From the NCBI GenBank assembly GCA_002269645.1, contig NIVC01000671.1:248001-312000 (forward strand): a stretch of 64,000 bases of DNA, written 5' to 3'. The stretch comes from Macrostomum lignano (taxonomy: Eukaryota). Each line of letters opens with the position of its first letter. Positions within the stretch are counted from its first letter, which is position 1. Shown here one piece after another: positions 36,148 through 46,981 of the stretch. The translations under genes were made by a program, and so were the position numbers. The notes below the pieces were generated by a model that did no database searches, had not been told where the DNA came from, and saw only the letters and a program-made list of their open reading frames with translations.

Positions 36148-39100
36148 TTGGGATTCGGTTCAGGTTGACGGGATTCAGTCTCTGGGCTAGGAACAGCACC
36201 GCTAGCAGTAGCGCGGACATTCGGCGTTGGTTCAGCCGGGGCATCTGTGTCAGTCTGACACGCTACGCTAATGCCTATGGTCTGGACGCACACCTGACGC
36301 AGTTCTCTAGAGGGGGGCGTACGCCGGTGCTTTGGGTCTTGGTCCAGGAATTTCCCTTTAAATTCCGGAATCTGGCTGCACGTCGGGCAGTCAAAGTGAT
36401 CGGCTCTGAATTTTGGCAGTCTACTAAGAGCGTCAGCAGGCACGTGGTCAACGCCTGGACGGTACTGGACTGTGAAATCGTATTCGGCTATTCGTTCTAG
36501 AGTGGACTGCTGGACCTTCAGCGGGTACAGTTCAATGGTGGCAAGCCATTGGGCCAGCATACCAGTGGCATGCTTCTTAGAATGCAGCCATTTGAGCGCG
36601 GCCGCGTCCACCCGGACAGTGAAAGGCTTGTCTAATAGATAAGGACGGAAATGCTCGAGCATCAGAACGAGCCCTAGCAACTCCCTCATGGTGGCGCAGT
36701 AGTTTCTCTGGCTACTGTTGAATTTTTTGGATGCGTAAGCTATAACTTGCTCTTGGCCATCTGGCCCGAGCTGGTACAGCACACCCCCAGTGCCGTCAAG
36801 CGAGCTATCGCAGTCCAAAATAAATTCGCGCCCTTTGGCAGAGAGGTCTGGATACGCCAGAATCGGTGGTGAACAGAGGCTATGTTTGAGTTCTTGGAAA
36901 GCCCGTTCATGATGCGGTTGCCATAGAAACGGAGCATCCTTTTTGGCTAAGGCATACAAAGGCGTGGCGATGATTGAGAATCGCGGCACGAATTTCCGGT
37001 AATAATTCGCAAATCCCAAGAATGATAGAAGCTGTTTCTTAGAAAGCGGTTTAGGCCAGTCTTGGACAGCCTGAGTCTTCGCTGGGTCAGCCTCAATGCC
37101 CCGGCTAGACACAACGAACCCCAGGAATGCGACCTTGTCCTTAAACAGCTCACACTTAGACGGCTTAATTTTGAGACCGGCTTTTCTAAGCTGCCAGAGG
37201 ACCAGCGCGAGATGCGCGATCATTTGGTCGTTGTTGACAGCCTTAATGATAATGTCGTCTAAATAGATGAGGCTGACCTTCATCAGGAGAGGTCTAAACA
37301 CCTTGTGCATCAGTTTCGCGAAATTGGCAGGTGCCGTCTTGATCCCGAATGGTACTACCTTCCAGCGGAAGGTGCCTTGGGGGCAGGCAAAGGCGGTGTA
37401 ATCTCTAGCCTCCTCTTTGATCCCTACCTGCCAGTACGCGGAGGTCAGGTCAAGGCTAGAGAATACAGTGGCCCCGGCAAGGCTGTCAAAAGATTCTTCT
37501 ATGAGTGGCAGAGGGAAGCTACACGGCTTGATGAGCTTATTGACGGCCCTATAGTCTATGCAAAGGCGTTGAGTGCCGTCCTTCTTCTTGACCAGAACGA
37601 TAGGCGACACCCAGTCAGAGTCACACTCCTCAATGACCCCCTGTTCGAGCATCTGCGCTATGTTCTGGTCTAAGAATTCTTTTTGTGCTGGCGTGGTGCG
37701 CCTGTATGGTTGCGCAACAGGCTTGGCCTTAGGATCTATTAACTCTATGCCCATCTCGTGTAAATTGGTGTGGCCTAAATCTGCGTTTGATCTAGAAATT
37801 TGGCTATTGAAGTAGTTGAGCAGTTTCAAAACGGTGGCGAGTTGGCCCCTAGACAATTTGGCTTGGTCTAGTTGGAACTGCGTTGTCAGCCATTTGGCTA
37901 ACTCCCTACTAGGCGGCGGCAGCTTACTGAGTTGGCTGGTGAGGTTAGCTACATTGTCCAGGCTAAAGTCAGACTCCTTCAGGGTCGTCTGAGCTATGAC
38001 CTCATGACTATCTAATTCCTGGAATGAGGCAATTTCTTGCCCCCTAGTTATCTGAATAGGCTGTTCCCCACTGTTGAGCACGCGCACTAGTATGTGGTTA
38101 GTATCGCTAACTGAGTCTAGAGTCTTGGCTACCAACTGTTCGGTCTCTGGTCCGAGGATCCGGGACATGACTATACCGGAGGTGTACGGCGAAGAGTCGA
38201 GGACACGACTGGGGATCAAGGTTTCCGAGTGCGGGGGCAATTCTACGGTGCCGGCGGCCATCACTCGTCTGAGTTGGAAAATCCCCTTGTCCCCCTCAAT
38301 GACTGGTACCGACACCCCTGCTACTAAAGCTCGGCCAGAGTTGAAGTCTAGCAGCATCTCGAAGCTGCGCAGGAAATCCATGCCTAACAGGGCTTCCGTG
38401 GTACAGTAAGCAGTGACTAGGAATACATGTTGTTTAGTCGTATTACCTAAGTTGATTTCGCAGCGTAGCGACCCTAGGATGTCTACCTGAGAGCCGCCGA
38501 AGGCGGTGGCACGCTGCTTATTGGCACTAGGCGTGAATATGTTATTGACGGGGTCAGCTGCGACCAGTTTGGCTTTCACGTCAGCACCCATGATGCTGGC
38601 ATTGGCGCCTGAGTCTAGACAGGCCAGAACTTTAGAGTCTCCTACTCCTAGCTGCACGAAATAGCTAGACTCAAAGGTGTCAGCTGTGTACCCCCCTTGT
38701 CGGCATTGTGGATCACTGTCCCCTGGCTGAGGTTGCACATTACAGGCCTTGTCGTGCTGGCGCCCGGGGTCGACCTGGCGCTGGAATTTCACCCTAGTCC
38801 CCCTAAGGCGGTGCTGCTCGACTAGGCTACGCAGGCTGGGAGACAGTTGGCTAATGTGAACGAACAATTTCTCTGGCAGGTGCTCAGATTGGATGAACCC
38901 GTAATTCTGAGACCATGTGGCAATGGTTCCTAGTTCAGTCGTGACTTTTCCACGGCTGGGCTGCTGATTTTGGCTCCCCCGGGGCTGCTTTGGCGACTGT
39001 GGCCTCGGCGAGGGCGATGGACAGTCAGCGATCAGGTGATCGGTCTGGCCGCATCGATGGCAAGCCCGCGGAGGGCGAGGAGCTGGCCTAGGTTGTCTAT

Positions 39101-40052
39101 AGGTTTGGCTAACTTGTGGTGGGCCCCCAGTGGGCTCTGTGCGAGCGGGCCCCTGATTGGTAGTGACAGGCGGAGTGGTCTGGCTTAATCTATTGGCTTG
39201 GTCGGTCACCATCTTCTCAAGCTCAGCGACCCTCTGTTCTAACGCTTTCTTCTCAGCGTCAGGTTCTATGGCACGAACCTTGGCTATAGTAGAAGGCACG
39301 TTCAGAAGCTGGCGGACCCCGACAAGATCTTTGGCCTTCTGCATCAGCTCTTCTGCAGAGGTGGCACTGTCGGTTTCCTGATCCCATAAGAGGAGCTTTT
39401 CGGCGAGGTCCTTATCCCTCAGCCCATGGCAGAATCTGGCCTTGAGTAGGGGCTTCGCTTCAGCGAGCGAGAGACCCGCTAGTCTAGAATAGGAGACCAG
39501 TCTGTCGAAGAAATCAGACATCTGCTCATTATGAGATTGGGCGGCAGCAACTAATTCTACGTAGGCCTTGTCCTTCTTCTTGGCATCGGTGTACCTTTCC
39601 CTGAGCAGCCGAAGCGCAGATTCGAAAGGCAACTGGTCACACCGGTAATTAAGATATACCTCTTGGCATTCGGCTGACAGCAAAGATACGAGAATGGCGG
39701 ACTTCTGGTCCTCAGGAACGCGGCAAGTGGCTAGATACGAAGTAAGCTGAGCTTCCCACGTATCAAAGTTCATCTTCGGCTGATAAGCGATTGGAGGGCG
39801 AAGGCGTATGTCTGGCTTCGCAGGCGGCGAGGAATTTGGCGCTAATGGCGAGGAAACAGCGAGACGCTCTTCGAGCATCCGGTGAAGAGAGGCTAAGGTT
39901 TGAGTCAACAAGAGTTGCTCACTAGGAGCTGGCGCGGCGGCAGCAGCTGCGCCTGCTGGCTGCTCGCCGGCATCGACTGCGTCCTGATCTGGCACGGCGG
40001 CATCTCCGTCAGCCAATGACGCTGCGGCATGGTTGTCCCCGTTGTCGGACAT
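36084..40052 (-). CDS. Gypsy Gag-PR-RT-RNase H polyprotein (1322 aa) containing a cold-shock domain
   Basis: Capsid-like FDTWEAQLTSYL region, CCHC knuckle CHRCGQTDHLIADC (39021-39062), CSD (38730-38936), protease CLDSGANAS, RT (WVSPIVLVKKKDG, LCIDYR, YLDDIII), RNase H (LDCDSS, RELLG, VDAAAL, ADALSR). Confidence 0.97.
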   Translation of the reverse strand: MSDNGDNHAAASLADGDAAVPDQDAVDAGEQPAGAAAAAAPAPSEQLLLTQTLASLHRMLEERLAVSSPLAPNSSPPAKPDIRLRPPIAYQPKMNFDTWEAQLTSYLATCRVPEDQKSAILVSLLSAECQEVYLNYRCDQLPFESALRLLRERYTDAKKKDKAYVELVAAAQSHNEQMSDFFDRLVSYSRLAGLSLAEAKPLLKARFCHGLRDKDLAEKLLLWDQETDSATSAEELMQKAKDLVGVRQLLNVPSTIAKVRAIEPDAEKKALEQRVAELEKMVTDQANRLSQTTPPVTTNQGPARTEPTGGPPQVSQTYRQPRPAPRPPRACHRCGQTDHLIADCPSPSPRPQSPKQPRGSQNQQPSRGKVTTELGTIATWSQNYGFIQSEHLPEKLFVHISQLSPSLRSLVEQHRLRGTRVKFQRQVDPGRQHDKACNVQPQPGDSDPQCRQGGYTADTFESSYFVQLGVGDSKVLACLDSGANASIMGADVKAKLVAADPVNNIFTPSANKQRATAFGGSQVDILGSLRCEINLGNTTKQHVFLVTAYCTTEALLGMDFLRSFEMLLDFNSGRALVAGVSVPVIEGDKGIFQLRRVMAAGTVELPPHSETLIPSRVLDSSPYTSGIVMSRILGPETEQLVAKTLDSVSDTNHILVRVLNSGEQPIQITRGQEIASFQELDSHEVIAQTTLKESDFSLDNVANLTSQLSKLPPPSRELAKWLTTQFQLDQAKLSRGQLATVLKLLNYFNSQISRSNADLGHTNLHEMGIELIDPKAKPVAQPYRRTTPAQKEFLDQNIAQMLEQGVIEECDSDWVSPIVLVKKKDGTQRLCIDYRAVNKLIKPCSFPLPLIEESFDSLAGATVFSSLDLTSAYWQVGIKEEARDYTAFACPQGTFRWKVVPFGIKTAPANFAKLMHKVFRPLLMKVSLIYLDDIIIKAVNNDQMIAHLALVLWQLRKAGLKIKPSKCELFKDKVAFLGFVVSSRGIEADPAKTQAVQDWPKPLSKKQLLSFLGFANYYRKFVPRFSIIATPLYALAKKDAPFLWQPHHERAFQELKHSLCSPPILAYPDLSAKGREFILDCDSSLDGTGGVLYQLGPDGQEQVIAYASKKFNSSQRNYCATMRELLGLVLMLEHFRPYLLDKPFTVRVDAAALKWLHSKKHATGMLAQWLATIELYPLKVQQSTLERIAEYDFTVQYRPGVDHVPADALSRLPKFRADHFDCPTCSQIPEFKGKFLDQDPKHRRTPPSRELRQVCVQTIGISVACQTDTDAPAEPTPNVRATASGAVPSPETESRQPEPNPKCHLSSSGPRMPRTPVLTWRA

Positions 40053-40442
40053 TGTGTAAGGTTGAGTGAGACAAATGAATCAAGCGTGAACGAAAATAAG
40101 GCTCCAGAGAAAACGAATTGAGGTTGATGACGCGAGAGAGACGAGAGAGATTGCGTCCTACTAACAAAATACGTGCCTGACAGGGGCAAACCGCAAAAAG
40201 CCTATAATAGGGGAGAGTCCTATCACGCAAACCACCCAGACTAACTGTCAGGCAATAGTCCCTACAAACAATCAGCGCACAGCGTAACCTGGCGTGGCTT
40301 GGCACACGCAGCGGAGCTATCTTGGCAGAGCGTAAGCTCGAGCTCAACGCAGTTGACAGCGCGCGTTGCTCAGGGCGACGACCAGCGACGACTCGCGGCG
40401 ACGAGCGAAGACCGGCCGAGCAGTCAGGACCCCTGGGCCTGA

Positions 40443-40843
40443 CGTGGCACAGGCTCTCGTAGCCTTGCGGACCGAACCTCAGGCGTGGCACAGGCTCTCG
40501 CAGCCTTGCGGACCGAACCTCAGGCGTGGCACAGGCTCTCGTAGCCTTGCGGACCGAACCTCAGGCGTGGCACAGGCTCTCGCAGCCTTGCGGGCCGTCA
40601 GGCAGAAACGTGGCAGGCCGGCACTCAGTCACGAGCCGGCAGAGCTGAGCAGAATCTTGCTGACGCTTGGTTGCGAGCTGGCAGGGCTGAGCAGAAGTCT
40701 TGATGGCGCTGATTACGAGCTGGCAGGGCTGAGCAGAAGTCTTGATGGCACTGACTTAGTTGCGAGCCGGCAGTGCTGAGTAGGAGTCTCGGTGGTGCTG
40801 ACTTAGTTGCGAGCCGGCAGTGCTGAGTAGGAGTCTCGGTGGG
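40443..40843. repeat. Tandem repeats in the Gypsy 5' leader: 41 bp x4, 42 bp x3, 47 bp x2
   Basis: Periods measured from recurring ggcacaggctctcg, cgagc.ggcag and gagtctcggtgg motifs. Confidence 0.9.
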
Positions 40844-40850
40844 ACTTCCA
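40833..40850 (-). other. Primer-binding site, tRNA-Gln type (tggaagtcccaccgagac), 6 nt from the 5' LTR
   Basis: Complementary to the eukaryotic tRNA-Gln 3' end (...UCUCGGUGGGACCUCCA) with one mismatch to the recalled consensus. Confidence 0.8.
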
Positions 40851-40856
40851 AAATTA

Positions 40857-41683
40857 TGTCACGTTATTGGCGTAGCGGCCAGCTATGCGGTGACCCTTAA
40901 AAGGGCCGTTTTAGTCCCAAAATAAGTTGAAGTCAATTCTTGTAAAGCGGATTTTGTAGCGGAGCACTTGGCGATAAAGGCAGGAACTGCCGTAGTTGTC
41001 TTTATTGTTAATATCAGTATTAAGTTGGTTGTTACTGGCAATAAACAGACTATAGCTTTCTGGGCACTGGCGGCTGCAGCAATGGGTTGAATATAATTTG
41101 GATATGAAGTCAAGTGGCAGGCGAATGACACAATGGCGACGTGACGTGAGCAGTGGCTATGAGCACCGTGAAGGCAGTGAACCGTAGTGGTGAGTAGGCG
41201 TCGGTCGTGGCGTGAAACAGTCAAGTAAGTGTGTGAGCAGGCTGGCCCAGACAGAAGGGCCGCGGTGAGAAATAAGGAGGCTCGAGGCAGCCAGACAAAC
41301 AGATAAGACAGCTAAGAGGCCGCAGGGAAGGAAACAAGGGACAAGCGGGGAGAGACGAAAAAGCGTGAGGGGTGCCCGCCGCCAGGCGGGGGGTTTAATA
41401 AAAGAGCGCAGAGGGGGGTAGCGCGAGCACGAGTGATTTCATTGGCTGGCGAGAGAACTTAAAATTATCGATCGTGCCAATTTTATACGGTCGCGAGAGA
41501 GGATAGCAAAATATACAGTGAATTAGAAATTGCCACAAAATCGTTGGGCACTACTACAAGTAAACGTCGCAATAAACGAATGGAAAAGTTTAGTTGAAAC
41601 GGTGAAACTGAAGGGTTGAATGACTATGGAGAACAGCAGTCCAACGGCCCTTTTCGGGACCACCTTAAACTGACAACGTCACA
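40857..41683 (-). repeat. 5' LTR of the Gypsy element
   Basis: Direct repeat of 31831-32657; no difference found on reading through both. Confidence 0.97.
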
Positions 41684-42193
41684 AATAATATTGATATATA
41701 CCATATAGAAATTTTTATTTTCTTGGTTACAAAAATACTAAAAATAATATAATGTTTGCTTTCCATCTTTTCAACCAACATGGTCACAGGCCATCCAAGT
41801 GATTTACAATTCGTTACCAGAGGCAATGAAACAATTATCCTAATTGTTTTTCTGTTATTGCATTTCTAGTTATTGTGTATTGCTATTTTTGTTTTATTGC
41901 AATGAAAACTATTATTTTAATTTATTTTAATGTATTGTTTTTATTTTATTTTAGCGATTTTATTGCTGTCTTTTAATTCAATAAAAACTGTTGTATTATC
42001 CTAATATATGGTTTTTCTTCTGAATGCTGCATTTTGTTATTGTGTAATGTGTATTATAATTTTTGTTTAAATTCAATCAAAACTTAATTTTAATGTATTG
42101 TCTGTCTTCTGAATGCTGAATTTTAGTTCTTGTGTATTTGGCTACTATTTTTGTTTTATAAAATGAATAAATTAAAACTATTGTGTTTTCCTA

Positions 42194-43122
42194 TGTATAT
42201 AACTTTTGCCGATCGGTTTTTACCGACGCTAAACCGACGTTAAAATGTACATAGAGGGAGTGGGGTGGCTGCATACTGGACGACAAACGGAATGGGTGGC
42301 GGACAGGGAATCCCCAAGGCCTTTCAAAGCGCCTACCAATGATCAAGCAAGGCAAACTGATGACTCACTCGACACTCCCCAGTAGATCTGTCTCTGTCCA
42401 ACATACTGTTCCTATTTAAATGCATTGCCGATGTAAACTTTTGCCGAAGCTAACTTAATTTTCCCATTTAAATACATTGCCGACGTAAACTTTTGCCGAC
42501 GCTAACTTAATTTTCCTATTTAAATACATTGCCGACGTAAACTTTTGCCGAAGCTAACTTAATTTTCCCATTTAAATACATTGCCGACGTAAACTTTTGC
42601 CGAAGCTAACTTAATTTTCCCATTTAAATACATTGCCGACGTAAACTTTTGCCGACGCTAACTTAATTTTCCCATTTAAATACATTGCCAACGTAAACTT
42701 TTGCCGAAGCTAACTTAATTTTCCCATTTAAATACATTGCCGACGTAAACTTTTGCCGACGCTAACTTAATTTTCCCATTTATTTTAAATACATTGCCGA
42801 CGTAAACTTTTGCCGAAGCTAACTTAATTTTTCTTAACTTTAATTAAATGGGAAAATTAAGTTAGCTTCGGCAAAAGTTTACGTCGGCAATGTATTTAAA
42901 TAGGAACAGTATGTTGGACAGAGACATATCTACTGGGGAGTGTCGAGTGAGTCATCAGTTTGCCTTGCTTGATCATTGGTAAGCGCTTTGAGTGGCCTTG
43001 GGGATTCCCTGTCCGCCACCCCATTCCGTTTGTCGTCCAGTGTGCAGCCACCCCACTCCCTCTATGTACATTTTAACGTCGGTTTAGCATCGGTAAAAAC
43101 CGATCGGCAAAAGTTATATACA
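42194..43122. mobile_element. Foldback (MULE-related) non-autonomous element, 929 bp, 10-bp TSD tgttttccta
   Basis: ~275-bp near-perfect inverted arms; internal 52-bp unit x8 (cattgccgacgtaaacttttgccga.gctaacttaattttcccatttaaata); TSD at 42184-42193 and 43123-43132. Confidence 0.92.
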
Positions 43123-43652
43123 TGTTTTCCTAATGTATAGTTTTCTTCATATTTAACATTAACATTCTACTGAATATTACACTATAGAATCAAATGTGCT
43201 GTAAAGAATTATTTGCAATTAAAAAACGTTTTTACTTTAGAAGAAAAATTAATTCAGTCGAAGTCTGTCTTAAGAGTATAGAAAATAAATAGTGCCAATG
43301 GTTGATTCTAAGTTATACCTTAAAGTAGTGCCTGAAGTATTATTGTGGTGGTACTTTGTATGTTGCAGGTCTTGTTCTGAAATTTGAACTATAGTTCTTT
43401 GGGGTATATATTTTTAAAAACTCAAATGTGCCTTAACGTGTAGTATATACAGTCAGAATTAACAATCATACATGTCCATGTGTGGAAAGTAGGCCTAATA
43501 CATCGATGATCATGTATGGCTATTCCGCCATCCATGGAATGAGCATGAAACCATCTATGAACATGGATCGGTCCATAGATGATCAGGGATGATGCATGGA
43601 TGGGCGCATGCATGGATCATGCATGATCTGGCCATGATTCCGGCCCTGGGTG

Positions 43653-44806
43653 ATGTGTGGGTTCCCCGACAGATATTCACCCGACGGGTCTCCCTAAAAC
43701 ACGCCCCGCACCGCCCTGCAGCGCTACACATTAAAACAAATTGGACTATAACTGAAGACACTTCAAAATGCGTTTTCTGTTAAGCTTCAAAGTTTTTATT
43801 AAATTAAGTTTTTTTACTATGAAATATAAAATTCGGTGAATAATAAGTGATATTAATAATAATATTAATAAAAAATTAATAACATAATTAAATAATGAAA
43901 ACGAGAATATAAAAAATAATAATAATATTTATAATAATAATTAAAGATATTTAATCAATTACTCGTACAACAAATAGTTTTCTTTGCAATCAGATCCTGC
44001 ATTGACAAAAAATGTTATAATGTGTAGCGGTTCGGGGCGGTGCGGTGCGTGTTTTAGGGAGACCCTCACCCGACAGATATTTTTTCTTCGGGCAGATAAT
44101 TCAAACAAAAATGAATTTATGTTTCGGGATACATTTCTTACTCTGACGCCATATTCAGCTTTAAAAATTTGTAAGCAGAATTTTTCTGACCCAAAGAATA
44201 AAAAATTGGCATGAATGCAAAGTGTGTCAAAAGACGAATTCATTGGCACCCCTAACAAACACATTTTGGAAGCAAATATCTCGGGAAATACAAAAGGGAA
44301 TCATGTGTCTAAGATGTCATTGCAAAGCTGAGACATGCGTCAAGAAGTGATAAAAGTTTCAGAGCAAATGATTGAAGCATTGAGACGCAGCGATAAATCA
44401 AAGTTTTTGTTGATCAACGATCTTCAACCAAGATAAACCAAAACTTTGATTTATCGCTGCGTCTCAATGCTTCAATCATTTGCTCTGAAACTTTTATCAC
44501 TTCTTGACGCATGTCTCAGCTTTGCAATGACATCTTAGACACATGATTCCCTTTTGTATTTCCCGAGATATTTGCTTCCAAAATGTGTTTGTTGGGGGTG
44601 CCAATGAATTCGTCTTTTGACACACTTTGCATTCATGCCAATTTTTTATTCTTTGGGTCAGAAAAATTCTGCTTACAAATTTTTAAAGCTGAATATGGCG
44701 TCAGAGTAAGAAATGTATCCCGAAACATAAATTCATTTTTTGTTTGAATTATCTGCCCGAAGAAAAAATATCTGTCGGGTGAATATCTGTCGGGGAACCC
44801 ACACAT
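43653..44806. mobile_element. Palindromic MULE-type non-autonomous element, 9-bp TSD ccctgggtg
   Basis: Ends atgtgtgggttccccgacagatattcacccgac and its reverse complement. Removing the insert leaves an ~770-bp near-perfect palindrome with a ~33-nt loop. TSD at 43644-43652 and 44807-44815. Confidence 0.9.
43686..44065. mobile_element. MULE-type MITE (380 bp) inserted in the left TIR of the previous element, 9-bp TSD tcacccgac
   Basis: TIRs gggtctccctaaaacacgc / gcgtgttttagggagaccc; TSD at 43677-43685 and 44066-44074. Confidence 0.9.
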
Positions 44807-46549
44807 CCCTGGGTGACGTCTCGACAAAGTGCAAGTCTTACATAACAGTAATTTAAATAATTACTAACGGACATTTTTTAAAATATCTTCCTAGAAACGA
44901 GCATCACGTTTTCTTCTCGTCGTGTTTCTATATACAGAGCGGTAAAGTTGATTGACAAGAGGCAATGGTTAGTGTCTCTATCGTTTTATGGTACACGTGA
45001 AACACGACGTCGCTCATTACCATTTGGGTCTCTTCATCATCTATATCGAAAGAATCTATGATAAAAAGTAAACTTGTCATCCATGGAAGCATCAAGAAAA
45101 AAATAGAAAAATTCGTAAAATTATCATGTCGTCACTTCACATCATTAATGTTTATTAATGAGTACTGGTCAGAGAGAGAACTGGTATTATTTTGACATCT
45201 ATTGTCAAATGAAGACTGCATGGTTACTTTGGGAGCGGAAATCGATTTAAAACTTTCATAGGAAAGTTGAAATCTGCAGATTTGAAAGAGTTCTCACCTC
45301 CTCTCAGTCTCTTTTTCCCTATATTCCTACTCTACAAGCTTCTCCAGCATTTAAGTTTAACATTTCGTCACTTCTTTATATTCTTCTACCAGGCTTTATC
45401 ATAGTTTGTCGATCATTCAGACATACAGATGTATAGTTTGACGATCAATAAAGTACATACGTATATACACAGCTATACGTACTGTATGTGTACGAGGTGT
45501 ATACGAGGCGTACATGTATATCGTTTCGTCCGCTACCGGAAATATAATTAATCAACATTAAAAGCTTTGCGTCCCTGCGCCACTATATATAAAAGATTTT
45601 TTAATGCAGTGACTTAATTTGAACTTGAGACTTTCATCTGACGGGCAGAAAGAAACTCCCTATAGGACCTCATTTTATAACAATCGAATTGCACTACACA
45701 GGACAGGCATAAAAGAAAAATGCTTTTTACTGTGATGGCCCCACCACCACCTACTTGAGTTTTGCTCGTCAAGGATCTGATACTTTTGGCGAATCTCATG
45801 GTGCCGAATAATATATTTATTGCTAATTAAAAAAAACAATTACTGCTATACAAATTCAGCAATTTTTGAAACTGCTTTGTATCTCGAATTATCGAATCTT
45901 CTTGTGAAATAAGGTACAAAACAAAAAAATGTAAATGCTAAAGCACTCATAACTATGAGTGAATTCATTACTCATACACTTAAAAGGTAAACTGAAGACA
46001 AAACAGAGAGTTGAAAAGACAGCTGAAAGTCTTAATTAAATTGAATAAAACTTATTTGATCTTTCCGGTGTTTTACGGCTTTACTTTCAACTATCGTGGC
46101 TACAAAATGTTCTGAGTAAAAAACTGGCGACAATTTAACTCGAAACATTTTACTGTTAAATTTCACTTTCGCTTACAACAGGGAAGACAAACAGACCTTA
46201 TATAGGTTTCCAACTTCTTCAAGTGTCATCGTCGCACGGCTTATGAACTGAGTTGTCTAAGGTAAATGATATAATATTGATAGTTTTATCTTCAACGAAT
46301 TTCGTATATGTTATGGGTAGACGACGCAAAAAATATTTAGTTAACTTTTTGTCTTCAGTTCGTTTTAGGCGTTAGCGTTAGCCAAAGCATAGGGTACAGA
46401 AAACTACTAAATTTAAAACTTTAAAACCTCAGTGTAACGAGGGAATATTGTAACTTCTATCTAGCAAGCTAGTGTACTTAAAATGGATCTACTAACAATG
46501 GCAATGCACTATTGTGTTTGTCATTTTGGTGATTTTAAATTTTTGCTTA

Positions 46550-46981
46550 GGCAGTGCTTATCCCCATGGTACCGTGGGAATAATTTTCTGCTTATCTGCA
46601 TGGCACACTGACGAGATAGCTGCCATTCTACCGGTACATATATATGCTGTACGTGAATAGTTTATAGCTTTTTGAAAGGGAATTTGAATTGAGGATACTA
46701 AGAAGCTGTTGATCTGGATCAACACCCCAACCAGCGTTTTTTTGCATAAAAAGGCCATTAAATCTTTACTTCTATTAAACAAATTGTCAAGCAAAGTTTT
46801 GTTGTCATACTGCACTTAAACCGTAAGTACTAATACTAAACTAAATTATTCCCACGGCATATGTAGAAGATGGGGCAGCTATCTCATCAGTGTGCCATGC
46901 GTATAAGCAGAAAAATTTCCCACGGTACTGTTGGAATAAGACAGAAATTATTCCTACAGTACTGTGGGGATAAGCACTGCC
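46550..46981. mobile_element. MITE (~430 bp) with long imperfect TIRs, possibly Harbinger/Tourist-like
   Basis: ggcagtgcttatcccca...gtgggaataattt / aaattattcc...tggggataagcactgcc; TSD not resolved. Confidence 0.7.

Larger units (their letters stand above)
31831..41683 (-). mobile_element. Full-length Ty3/Gypsy LTR retrotransposon, 9853 bp
   Basis: Two 827-bp LTRs with TG...CA ends, 4-bp TSD aata (31827-31830, 41684-41687), PBS, PPT, and Gag-PR-RT-RH-IN domain order. Confidence 0.98.
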
